Shown here one piece after another: positions 26,151 through 38,340 of a DNA stretch of 64,000 nucleotides. A program made the translations under genes and the position numbers. Below the pieces are notes generated by a model. That model did not search any database. It was not told the origin of the DNA and worked only from the letters and a program-made list of their open reading frames with translations. Source of the stretch: Camelus ferus (Eukaryota); assembly GCF_009834535.1 (NCBI RefSeq), contig NC_045697.1, positions 33,420,001-33,484,000 of the forward strand, read 5' to 3'. The stretch's first letter is position 1. Each line of letters starts with the position of its first letter.

Positions 26151-27223
26151 AATCAAAAAACAGAAAGAAACAACTATATACTTACAGAACAAAATGATTT
26201 AATGTATCAATTTATGTGCTTTCTCAGCATACAACTTAACTATTTGATCTTTATCTATTAATTCCTACGAGAGACTTTATTTTCTCTAGTATGGTCTGCA
26301 ATCTTCTTTTACCAGATTGCTCTATGTGTATCTCCAGCCACTCTGTGGGAATAAAGTTCTTTATACAATCGATAATAAGCAAGAGTATTAATCCCCTTCA
26401 AGAAAGAAGAGTCCTTTGTTGTGTTTGGCAAAGAGCCTTCCCATGGTTCAGAGGCATTCCTGTGTGACACCACTAACCTTTCCCCCAGGGACCAGAAGTC
26501 AGGGGGCTCCCGTTCCATCCCTTCGTGCTCCTTGTCCAGGCTGCATGGGCTCCTATACACACCAAACATACTGTCTTCTGCTTGGGATTTGGTACTGAAT
26601 TGCCGCAGGCTGTCACTACTCCATCAGATTTTCCCAAAGTCTCATATATTTTGAGGCTTGGAAATGGAATGTCAGCTCTTCAGTGCTAAAGGCACCACCT
26701 GAGGCTGCTGTGTGATTCAAGCATTTTCATCTCCTCCTGCTCTTTTGCTTTGAAATCAGTAAGGTTATGTGTAATCAAAGAATAAATATGATCACTCAAA
26801 GGAATTAGTGGCTGGTAAATTTAGAACTAACCCCTCATATGCGACTTCACACAGAGATTGTTTTTCATCTTTCTCTGCATGTCACAGAGCTCATCTAAAT
26901 GAGAAGCACAAATGTTTTCAAAGGCAACTCCACACACAGCTCAAAACAGTAAAAATAAGGAGGAAAAAAATCCTTTGATGTATTATCAGTTCCACCCACC
27001 TGACTTTTCATTGCACTCAAGATATATTAAAGATGTGACTGAGTTTTTAATGACTTTTTATTAATTGGACAGGGTTACCTCATTTAGGAAAGAATATTGA
27101 ATATTCCTAACTTTAACTGGTAAACATGCAGAATTAAGAAGGACAAGTTAATCAGCAAAATATTAATTTACTCTCTACCATACAAAAAGTGTTGTGATGG
27201 GTTTGGGAGGAATGTAAGAATGA

Positions 27224-27573
27224 TGTCTTAGTCTGCTTGGGCTGCTATAACAAAATACCATCAACTGGGGAGCTTATCAAAGATAGAAATACATGTCTGT
27301 AGTTCTGGAGGCTGTAAGTCAGAGCTCAGGGTGACAGCAGGGTTCTGGTGAGAGCCCTCTTGCAGATGCCTAACTTCTCCTTGTGTCCTCACACAGTGGG
27401 AAGAGACCAGACAGCTCTCTGACTTCTTACTGTAAGTGCACTAATCCTGTTTACACGGGTTCCACCCTGATGACCTAATTACTTCCCACAGGCCCCAGCT
27501 TTAAATACCATTGCATTGGGATTCGGGTTGAACATATGAATTTTGGAGGGACACAACTATTCAGTCCATAGGA
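27224..27573 (-). mobile_element. MLT1A-like MaLR solo LTR
   Basis: tgtcttagtctgcttgggctgctataacaaaatacca...cactaatcc...atgacctaattacttccc...gggacacaactattcagtccata. 5-bp TSD aatga/gatga. Confidence 0.85.
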
Positions 27574-30240
27574 GATGACTAAAAATAGTTGCTCATCTCA
27601 AGGGTCTCACTACTGAATTGTAGACAAATAAAGCATAATTATGTAATTATAACCCTCAAGTTTCTTGAGGAAAATCCTACTCATTTTCCTGAACCTGGGC
27701 CTGCTGTATTCAGTGTGTCTGAGAAATATCCCATATTGACCTTTTTGCAAATGGTCACAACATAAGGTAGAAGAAAGGTTAGGAGGAAAAAAAAATCAGA
27801 AATCAACTCAAGAGGTTACACATGTAGACAGAAAGCGCTGCTCAGTCTCAGTGCTTTACATGACTATTCCCGACACTTGCAGTCTCGGGGGACAGAGACC
27901 CTTCCCACCGGCCCCACTTCCAGAGTCACTAGTGCACTTGTGACCCTGTTACGTTGTTAGATTCACACTGAGGCTCGTTCTTGCCTCTCTGGGAGCCATT
28001 ACACAGACTCCCTTCCCTTTATACAGTCTCAGCTCCGCGTGCTGCTCATGTGAACGCTGCCTTTACACGAGGTTTGAGTCTTCTCTAGAGCATACTTTTA
28101 TTCTTTGCCTCTGTCTCTTTTCCTGCATTATTAATATTTTCTTCTTCCCTTTCCCCTTTGCTGCCCTAGTGAAAAATGTAAAGCCCATCACCACATGAAG
28201 CCTTAGAAAATGCCTTTCTGGAGCTACTACTCATGGCATAACCGTTGGCCCATAGCCGCGGCTCTTATTCAAAGACTAATATACATAGGAAGAAACCAAT
28301 AAGCCCCAGTTTATACAGATTCAAGTGAAATACAGCAGTATTTAAAACAGAGTTCTATCGGTATCATAAGAATGTGCCTGGGGCATTTGCAAATAATCGA
28401 GTTTGATGGTAACTAGGAATGGCATAAGTTTAGAAAAGAAAGACCTGTCTGTGTGGGGATGGGTCTAGCACCATCTCATGGGTTGTAAAGAACTTCAGTT
28501 AGTTTCTGAAAATGGATAGGATTTAAAAAGTGAAAATGATCAGGAAGTTTGTCCTAGCTGAGAGAAATCTGTGACTGATGGTTGTTGCATAAATGTAAGC
28601 TGAACTCCACTGGGAATTGTGGTGTGTATGCTGCTGAGGTCTAATTCCTTCAAAATTCTGTGTCTGGATCTAATTCCTTCTTCTTTGTTTGCCAGGTGAA
28701 CCCCTTGGTATATGGAAAATGTACGTGTGTGTGTGTGTCTGAACACAAGTTTCTGCATAAGGTAGACAGAAGCTGTTTCCTTGTGTGCCTCTGTGCTGAC
28801 TGTGGGGATTGGATTCAATTGCCAAGTAATAAAAGTGTAAAGAAAAGAATGTTACTATATTAAAGGATGGGCTTTCAAATATATTTCAAAGAACACTCTT
28901 AGGGGCTTAAGGGATATCTCATTTCACTTGCTAACTTTTCTAATGCAGGTCAGGTACATAACCTGTCTCCTGAGAGGATACAGCAGGATATGCTGAATAA
29001 GGTTGAGTGAGAACAGCCAACAAGAAGGAGAAAATGATGACCCTTCTTTTACCTTTTCGCAGTTTAGCAAGGATGCGAAGGCTAAATAGTCAGGTGTTTG
29101 TTGATATCATTGGCACTGCAGGTATAAATATTAAATGATGTGCTCACCTAGACTGTCATTTCTAGTTATTTTATGGATGTATGAGTGGCGGCTAAGGGCT
29201 ACTGGTGCTGCATTTTGCTGGGGATTTTTCAGTACTTTGGATTGATCTAACTGATTTATAACTTTGCAGGGGACAGATTTCTCTTCTTTCTACTACCCAG
29301 GCATTCCAGCTCTGCTTTCCCTGATTAGCTAGTTTTCAGGTAACTTTTTTCCTCACTTGCTTTCTCTCCATTCCACCTTATAGTCGCAGATTTATTCACT
29401 GATTCATTTATTATTTAGTCCTTGAGAAAAAAATGAGAGAAGACTTCACAGAGAGAGGGAAGATAGTGGCGTCAGGAGAAAGAAGATGGGAAAGAAAGAA
29501 GCAATGTGTTAAAGATCCTCTCACCCCTTTCTCTGGGCTCTAGAAATCTTAAAGAGCATATGCTTTCTGCCAGGCCTTCTAGAAAAGAAGTTTGATAGAA
29601 AACAAATGAGCTACTAATCACGTCAACAAAAACGTCGTGATTGTTTTCCTTACATAAATAAGAAACATGGAGAGGCCAAGCATCAAAGGTGGTGAGTAAC
29701 AGAAGCAGAGTCAGTGCCATCAGAGATGAGACCCATGCAAGGTGGCCTTCCTCTCTCAGGAGCGCCGTCTTCCTGCCTCCATCGCTGTCGGTACGATGGG
29801 GGAGGGGAGGAAAGCTCGCCCCATCAGGACCTCTGTCTTTTCACATGAGTAAGTAATAGCCCACAGCATTCTTTCACCTCGTTTGCAGTGACCCTTGAGA
29901 TCACAGGTGGCCGTTTTACATCTTTCTGCAGTAATCAGGCTAAGCCATAGCTGCAGCTCTGCCTGTAAATGACACACACAGAAGAGTCAGTAGTCGTAGG
30001 TGAATGACATTCTCCTCTGTGATTCTGTGGAGTGCGAGTTAGGAATCCCAACCAGTGGCAGCCAGGGCTCATGTGTGAATCATGGAAGAGACATTCAAGT
30101 GCATCAGATGATTGTACTTCTAACCTCCTGTCATAAGCCAGCAAAACAGGACCCTAAGAGATGAAGTGCTATAATTTAATTTCACAGGTTTCTTCCTGAT
30201 TGCTGAGCTGAGACTTGAACTCGTCTAATTTTAATTAAAT

Positions 30241-30380
30241 CTCAAGTGCTAGGCATGTACAAGGTCCTGGGTTCAATCCCCAGTACCTGCATCAAAAATA
30301 AATAAATTAACCTAATGATTTCCCCCATCAAACAGACAAATAAAGACAAAAGGAATTCCCCAAATTTAAATAAATAAAAG
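30241..30380 (+). mobile_element. tRNA-Ala-derived SINE (vic-1-like), 5' damaged
   Basis: tgctaggcatgtacaaggtcctgggttcaatccccagtacc contains a B box; followed by aaataaataaattaacctaat...ccccc and an A-rich tail. Confidence 0.75.
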
Positions 30381-31426
30381 TAAAATGGATGTGTATGAAC
30401 ACACTTTTTAAAGTCTTAGACATTATTATTATAAGATCAATATTTTAATCATATTTTTAAAAATTAAAGTTGATATACTTTGAATACTTTAAAAATCAGT
30501 GACTCCTAAAATAACTCTTGAATAAGGAATACTCTAATTGCAGATAATTTCAACCATTTTAAGACACTCACGTATGTTGCCCAAACCCCAGTGAACTGAT
30601 TTTAATTATTAGTCCATGATATGAGCAAAAGCACATAATAAAAATTTAAATGGATAATTCTGCCTTTCAACTTAAAATTTGCCAGTGGCCTCAGAGCAAA
30701 AAGCGTTAACAGGAAATGAAGTAAACTTAGCAAGTCATTTCTTGAGATATAAATAGATACAGAGAATTTCACACTTGAAATGTAATCTCATAACCACAAT
30801 AATGACAACTAATAATTCCAATAAGGTTTATAAGTCTGAGTTGTCAATTTACCAGCAGACAAAGACAGCAGATTGTCCTAAAAGCGGTAGGAGTCTTAGA
30901 CCCAGGCATCCGTGGCTTCCTTATGCGAGTTCTAGGATTAGGGCGTGTTACTGACTTTTCTGGCCAGGAGGGGAATGACGTTTCCACCCCAGGTTTCCAA
31001 GAACAGCTGTGTGTCCCTTAGGACACTTGGCCCTTCACCGCCTCTCCATTCTCTCCACCCAGTGGACGCGACGTGGCACAGCTGGTCACTTTGGGAGAGA
31101 GAGTCGCAGACTTGGTTCAGTTTCACTCTTTTATGGCTCGCAAGCCTGTCCTCAAAGCCCACACTTTTTCCTCTATCCCTCTATGTTGTCCTTGATGGGA
31201 GGGTAAATCTTCTCATTTCTGAGATTTGAGATTAGGGGGAGTATTTGGCTGGCCAGTTGAGAGCCATACTTGTCAACCTGGTCTCTGGTATTATGTTGGC
31301 CTCCATTTTTATTTTTTTCTCGTCCTTCGGACCATACCAGGGTGCGGGGGGCAACAGTAACTGTGTAGTTTTCTGTCAATACCATGACAGTAAATATATC
31401 AGCCTGAAATACTGAAAATTAAAACC

Positions 31427-31505
31427 CAGTACAGCAGAGATGAACACAACATTGTAAACTAATTACACTTCAACAAAAAAATTTAAACAAAGAAGTGAAA
31501 GAAGA
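31427..31505 (+). mobile_element. Short L1 3' terminus with TSD
   Basis: acacaacattgtaaactaattacacttcaa plus an A-rich tail. Flanked by gaaaattaaaacc (31414-31426) / gaaaattaagacc (31506-31518). Confidence 0.7.
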
Positions 31506-31531
31506 GAAAATTAAGACCAAAATGATGGAAT

Positions 31532-31733
31532 CTACAAGGACCTACTCTATGGCACAAAAAAAAAAATAATATCCAATATCTTGGAATAACCTATGATAGA
31601 AAATAATCTGAAAATAATATATATATACACATATATATGCATGTCTATGTGTGTATGTGCGTGTATAACTGAATCACTTCTCTGTACACCTGAAGCTAAC
31701 ACAATATTGTAAATCAACTATACTTCAATTTAA
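31532..31733 (+). mobile_element. L1 3' end (cetartiodactyl type) with TSD
   Basis: caaggacctact...ataactgaatcactt...tgtacacctgaa...tgtaaatcaactatacttcaattt. TSD aaaatgatggaat (31519-31531) / aaaatggtggaat (31734-31746). Confidence 0.85.
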
Positions 31734-32824
31734 AAAATGGTGGAATACATGGAGGAGCAAAGGGGTTTAAGGGTGTGTGGGTGGGCCTTGGTATTCTCAC
31801 CCTGATGATTTGAAGAAGCCAATTTTAAGTCCAGATGAATTTTTACATTCCATCGTAGAGTAAATTGAAATATTTTAACCCAACCTCATAGTAGTTTTGG
31901 CTGTAGCAGATTATTGTAGCTGGTGTTTTTTGTTTTTTGTTTTTTGGGGTTTTTTTTTGTCCAAAAGCAAATGGCTATATTCCCAGAAGCAGAGATTTAA
32001 CCAAAGGTCCCTGGACTTCAGGAAAGGTTCTCAAGGAGGGATGTCAATGAGAGGGGGGCTGTGAGTGATGATTTGAAATGAGGGGCAGAATGCAGGCACC
32101 TCAGCAAAGCGGGGTGGGGCCACTCTGCTCTCAGCAGAGGTGCAGCTTTTGGCAAAGAACCAAAGCGCTGGGGCCGAGAAAGGAACAGGGATCCAGCTTC
32201 AGGACACTGCAGCCTGTCTCCCTGGCAGACACAGCTTTTTCTTAGGCGAGATGACTGAGGCAAATGCTCCATTGCAAGGAATAGAGTCCTGGCCTCTTAG
32301 ATCTTTGTGGGCCAAACAGTATTGGCTGCTTCTCAATTGCCAGGTAGTAAAGTTCTGCTTATGCCTCTAAGCACAAGTGAGATTTAGGTTTAAATCACTG
32401 TCGCCAGACACCTCTGGACCAGATGTGCTAAATTCCATTCTAGGTGTTGGGCCAAGAAAATAAGTGTGGGAGAGCCAATCCTGAAGATTGTCTATAAACT
32501 CAAAACCATTTCCCATTTCCAACAGTTTCCAGGTGGTATTAGATTGGCTCACCCCAGGCTGAGGGAGAAAACCTCACTAGGGAGGCAGGTTTCTTGGCAA
32601 GAAGCGCTGGAAATATCCACAAGGGCTCAGGACTGAAAACGCATATTTACAGGAGAATGTGCACCTGGAGCCTGAGCAGCCACCTTTGCAAACTTCTAAA
32701 CTTCGTAAGCAGGCCAAGTGTCACTCTCAAGACAGGAGGCCAGGCGCGTAAATGGATTATCCCCTCAGAAATGTGATTGCTGAGAACCAGTTAACTTCTT
32801 GCTGGAAGAGGTCTCCCAGTTGAG

Positions 32825-32930
32825 TTTTTGTTTGTTTTTGGTTTTGTTTCTGATGGAAGTACTAGGGATAAAACCCAGGATCTCAGGCATGCTGGGCATG
32901 CACTCTACCACTGAGTTTTTACCCTCCCCC
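32825..32930 (-). mobile_element. tRNA-Ala-derived SINE (vic-1-like, camelid)
   Basis: Minus strand reads gggggagggtaaaaactcagtggtagagtgcatgcccagcatgcctgagatcctgggttttatccctagtacttccatc plus an A-rich tail. TSD-like agttgagttt / agttgggttt. Confidence 0.8.
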
Positions 32931-33964
32931 TTAGTTGGGTTTAAATCCACAAATCATGGATTTAGAGCATCTAGAACAGACTGAGTGGTGTCCTGGCAAG
33001 GCTGCTGTCAAGAACATTTTCTCCTTCACTCAAAAGGATTTTCTTCTCTGGTCTTTGGCATCATTAAATATCAAGTTCTAGGAATAATCTTTTTTTCTGG
33101 AATAACTGTTTTTAGAAGTAAGGATTGGCTTGTTACCTTAATTTGAGGAATATGATCATTTTGGTATCTTATTAACTCTTTGAACTCTTTACAAAGTGAG
33201 GCATTACAAATTGTGGTTGAACTAACAGCTTCTCAGATCATTAAAAGGCTTTGACTTGTTCCAGAAAGTAACAGCACAAGCTGTAGCTGTTGATAGAACC
33301 CAGGTCCGCCAAAGCATGAAGAGTCATTGTAGCCAGAACTGAACTGAAGAAGTTGGAGACAATGAATTCTGCACTTGTATTCCTTTAATTTTTATGAAAA
33401 GTGTAAGAGAACTGAATGTCTTGGGTATGAAAGTGGGCTGTATGTTGTGTTTTGATTTCTTTCTGAGAAGTTAATAGTTTGCATTCAAATGTTAGCATCT
33501 TGACATTGGCATCTTGGAATACCTTAACTCACTTAATCTCACTGAAGTCTCTCTAATATAGTATGTTATATAGCTGGGCATATTATTGGATAAGAAATCA
33601 AATACGAAGTGAATATGAGCTTTGGGAACTGAGTGGACTTGGAGTAAGTTTAATTAATGCATGATTTTAATCCATTTCAGAATTTTGGAGGCAAAATGCT
33701 TATGGTCCACACTGATCCTAACCAAATTCTTTAAAGAGAAGTAGTTAGTATACAGGAGAGACATCTTGAAAATGGGAGACCGTCCAAATACAATGGGGAT
33801 CACTTCTCTTGGGAGACGATAGACAGACAAACCCTCATTTTGTTAAACACCACATGTTCATAGGAATAAAAAACAGGATGACTATTTTCCCCACTTCTGA
33901 TTTCTATGAGGAGTAATTTCCCTTGATTTCTCCCCTCGTGCCCCCCATCCCTCCCCTGTTCTTC

Positions 33965-34200
33965 CTCAGAAGGAATGAGCCAAACTGCCTGTGATCAAGT
34001 CCTGCCAGCTCCTCTTGGTAACTGTTTGACGGTGGGCAAATTGCTTAACTTCCTTGTGACTCCCCTTCCTTATTACAGAATGTGGACATAGTATCCAATA
34101 CATGAAGCCAGTATGTGGATTAAACCAAATACCGTATATAAAGTTTTGAGAACAGTGCTTGTCCGTACAAAGTGTTGGGTTTAAGTGTTAGCTATTATTT
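33965..34200 (+). mobile_element. MIR SINE
   Basis: gagccaaactgcctg...gggcaaattgcttaact...gtggattaaa...agaacagtgctt...tgttagctattat. Confidence 0.8.
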
Positions 34201-34849
34201 GTCAAATCTGTCTTCAAAAAATTTTAATGATGCTTGTTTAAACCTTTGAAAGTCGCTCTGCTCGTTTGAAATTATGGAAAAAGAGAGACCATTTTTTCTT
34301 CTGTTTGTATGCATCACTTTTCCTTAAACCACATCCTAGTATAATGGCCCTTTGTTCATAATCTGAATATGAGAAAAAGCAACCCAGAAAGTATCCTAGA
34401 ACATTTGTAAGCATGAAACTATGGGAATGTTGTGGTCTCAATGTAACTACTCTTCCTTCAATTATCAAATATAAACCACTTAAGATCAGTATTTGGGAGC
34501 TGGTTCTAGATTTGGAAATACAGAACTGGATATGAAATAGATAACCAGTAGAGTGGTAAAATGTTGAATGGATTAAGAAACTCTAGTAGGATTTCCAGGT
34601 AGCCCTAAAGGCCTCCTTGAGATTAGTGTTCACAATAAAAAATGACAAAGAGGGTCAGAGGAGGTGCAGACCAGGTGAAGAGTTGTGTTTATCCAGGGCA
34701 CTGCATTTTGACAGGCAAGTGTAGTGGCCTCCACACCACCACAGGCGGGATGGAGAGTGGCCGCCAGAGCCTGGTGAGATTCTGGAAAACTCCCTGGTGT
34801 TCCTGGTTAATGCTGCTAGTAAGACTCCCACAGCTTCCTTCCAAATGTC

Positions 34850-35980
34850 GTAAATTAAATACCAGCAAATAGAAAACTATTAATATATCAAAATATTATT
34901 ACACCATGACCAAGTAGGGTTAATCTCCAGAATGCTATCATAAAACCATCAACATAGTTCACTACATCAACATGGTTAGGGGTAAAATTAATATGACCAT
35001 GTGACAAATACATATACATTCATTTTTAAGAAACTTCTAATAAAAATTATAATTACATGGAGCTAAAGAAAATTACATAAATAAAATAAAGACTTTACCA
35101 AAATCAACAATTATTGCCATAGATAAAGATACCAAAACCATTTCATTTAAATTTAGGAACTATCCACGGATGCTCACCATCACCATTATTAGTCAGTACT
35201 GCCTCAGATTTTGTAGCAAATGCAACCATACAATAGAATAACTAATATTTCTAATATTCATAAAATGAAATATTAGAAATAAGACTTGTGCATGATTTGA
35301 TTTTTTTAAATAGATAAAAACAAAGAACTCTTGTTAAGAAATAAACTGATAGAATAAACAAGATAATTAATGGCCTACACATTTGATAAACAAAAATTAG
35401 CAATTCAATATTGTGTCTAATTTAGCAACAAACACCTAGCAAAAAAGAAGAAAAAAATTTTTCATTTATATTAGCAACAAAAATTGTAAAATGCATATGA
35501 ATGAATTTAATAGTAAAGGCATAGCATCTACATGTGTAAAATCTTATTGTAGGACATAAAACACAATGAACCAATTAAAGCCCTATCACAGTCTTGAACA
35601 AAAGTCTTAATATCATGAATATGTTAGTGGTTCCAATATTAACAATAAATCTTAATATAATTATAATAGAACCCCAACAGAGCTGAACTTCTGGGGAAGG
35701 AAGGGTGGTGTTTTGAAGGAAATTGAAAAATAAAAATAAAAGACCTTATAGTTTGTATGGAAAAATAAATGTCTAAGAATCACCAAGAACATTTTGAAAA
35801 AGAATAGTGAACAGAAACTTTCATATCAGATATCATAACTCATTAAAAAGCCTATGTACTTAACATATCATTGGCCTTGATATGGAAAAATAAATCATTA
35901 AAACAAACTAGAGAATCCAGAAACAAATTCTAGTTAGTATATATGAGAACTCAGCACCTGGAAACTGTTTAATAAATGCT
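34850..35980 (+). mobile_element. Old L1 ORF2 (reverse transcriptase region) relic
   Basis: LHHDQVGLISRM at 34899 (cf. IHHDQVGFIPGM) and PFHLNLGTIHGCSPSPLLVS at 35138 (cf. [20 protein letters not shown]). Many stops and indels. Confidence 0.8.
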
Positions 35981-37304
35981 ACAGCCAGCATTACCATCTT
36001 TGTGATCATTATTATATGATCCGGGTTATCAGTATCATCATCCCACCCTCCCAGTACTTAGTTCCTGGCATTGAGTAAGCTCATATCAATATAGTTTGAA
36101 TGGAACTGACACAGGAGTAAGGCATCAATAATTACATTATATAAGAAAAATGAATCTGGATAACTATGCGATGGTTTCTGACCAGTTATGATATGTTTAT
36201 AGGCAAGCTGAGCAATGCATGTGAAAGCTCTTTGCAGATGCTAGTTATGTAAGTGTTATTTCTGACATGAGCATTGTTTTATATCCTGCAAGGTCAGAGG
36301 TCTAAGAAACAGTGATTTACAGCACATATGACACATGCATGTTGGTAAACGTACTAAATCAGTGTTCTGTCCCTAGGAATAGATAAGATAATCTTGCATT
36401 TCTGCATGTTCAGCCAAGCTTTTGTGGATCAGGGATGAGGAAAGGGGCACTGCTAACATTCTCAAGACCAAATCTCTTCTGGTAAAGCTCTATGGCCACC
36501 TACCTCCTATGAGAAGAGTCCTGAGAAGAGGTTTACGTTTACATATTTGACTTCAAGGAACATGCACGTTCGCACAAAGGGAGCCTGTAACGTGAGTGAC
36601 GTGCTTTGGTTCCGTTTCATGTTTCTCATTTCACATGCATTTTCTCAGAGGTAACAAAACAAAGTGGAATCTGTTTTACTGCTGGTGCTAAATTACCCAT
36701 TGTTGACTTCGTATAAGCCCTGGGATATTGTTTACAAGCTATGTTGAGCTTTTTCTTCCTGTCTTAATGGTCCAAAGTGTTCAAACATTTCATAGTCTAA
36801 TTTACTTTGGTTGTTATTCTATTCCTTCAGAAGTCAGAGCATTAGGTTCATCATTTTATGTTTTGATGGGCAGCATCCACTATGGTGGTAAGGAGTGAGA
36901 AGTGGGGAAGAAGTTCGCTAGTGGTTCTCTAAGTGTCTTTAAAGTTTGTAAATTCCATATCTATATGCACTTACCATCGCACACTTTGGGGCATAACAAG
37001 AGCTTTGCTTTCCTCTTTTGCTTCTTTCAATGACGTGCAAAGACCTAATGGATCTATCATTTTGATGCCTGTCTGTCATCCTACAGGGGCAATACCATGG
37101 CTGCCGCTAAACATTCTGTGCCCTTCACCTTTGTACATAGACGTGCTCTGTGCAGTTGGCAATACAGACCATATTGGGAAAAAAAAGTCTTTTTATTAAC
37201 AATTGTGACCCAGACATTAACTATACATTTTTTAAAAAACACATTGTTCTTTTATTGTGTACCTCTGCTTTAGATTGGCCCTGAGCTCAAAGAACCACAA
37301 GAGT

Positions 37305-37470
37305 TGAAATATAATTGAGTGGCTTCTATGTGTCAGGTGCACAATTGTGCCCACAAGTGTTGTGTCATTTAATTAATCCCAACTCCCTATCTTTAGATAC
37401 TATTATCATCCATTTAACCTATGATAAAAACAGAGAGAATCAGAGGACTTTACATAAAGGTTCACAAATA
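37305..37470 (-). mobile_element. MIR fragment
   Basis: ttgagtggcttctatgtgtcagg...tcatttaattaatccc...tattatcatccattt...aaggttcaca. Confidence 0.7.
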
Positions 37471-37879
37471 TTATCTACAATAAAGTCTCTGAAGTTTTTC
37501 CTTCATAAAAAGTAGAATTACAATCTGAGTTGAGACATCTAAAAAAATTTAGTGCTCTTTTGACATTCTCTACTTGAACTTTAAGAATTAACAGCCATAC
37601 GTTCATGTGCTGAAGATACCCCTGCGGTGGGAGAATTGAACATGCTGTACAATATTCTACACAGTAGAATGTTTAATTGTTTGTGGGGGCTCATTGGCAA
37701 TGTCTCTGCAAACCTAGCTTAGGAAAAAATGATTCAAATAAAACATAAGTTTAAAAATTTCTGTAAATCTTATTTTTATAACAAGGGAAGAAAAATAATT
37801 CCTTAAGCTCATGTTTATCATTTTGTTGCTTTTTTTATATCATCACGTTCATCATCATCATCCATTAGAGTAACTGAAA

Positions 37880-38340
37880 TCATTAAAATATTAACTACAA
37901 GTGACAGAAACATAACAAAAATTCATTTGAACAACAACAACAAAGAGTTGTTTGGCTTATATAACTGAAAAGTTCAAGAATAGTTTTCAAGTAAAGCTGA
38001 ATCCAGAGTTTCAAAAGCCATCAGCCAGGTCTTAAAATTTTCTGTCCATTTTTCAGTTCTACTTTGTTGGCATCATTCTCCATCTGACTCTGTCCATGGA
38101 GTAGCTAAGTTATCTCCTGGAAACTGAGACTTAAGTGGTCCTTGGCACTTTCATCTCAGAAGAACATTTCTTACACATTTCTTACCACGTCGGTCTCCAT
38201 AATATGATCTGAGCATGAGCCAAGGACTTGAGTTTCTCTGATGAGGCACCCTAAACTTCATGGCCACTTGAGTGGAAAGTTATCCCGTCTGTTCCTGAAA
38301 CAAAAAGAAGAGAAATAGATCTTAGACAGAAAAAGCAATG
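37880..38340 (-). mobile_element. Old MLT1 (J/K/L-like) LTR
   Basis: tacaagtgacagaaac...tggcttatataactgaaaagttcaag...gctgaatccagag. Confidence 0.55.

Noticed and set aside
28640..28680. 12-bp direct repeat tctaattccttc (period 29)
   Set aside because: Only two copies, so an ordinary local duplication and not CRISPR-like. No repeat-spacer array exists anywhere in the window.
32825..32930. Possible tRNA-Ala gene
   Set aside because: Mutated A/B boxes, an A-rich tail and a TSD indicate a SINE copy.
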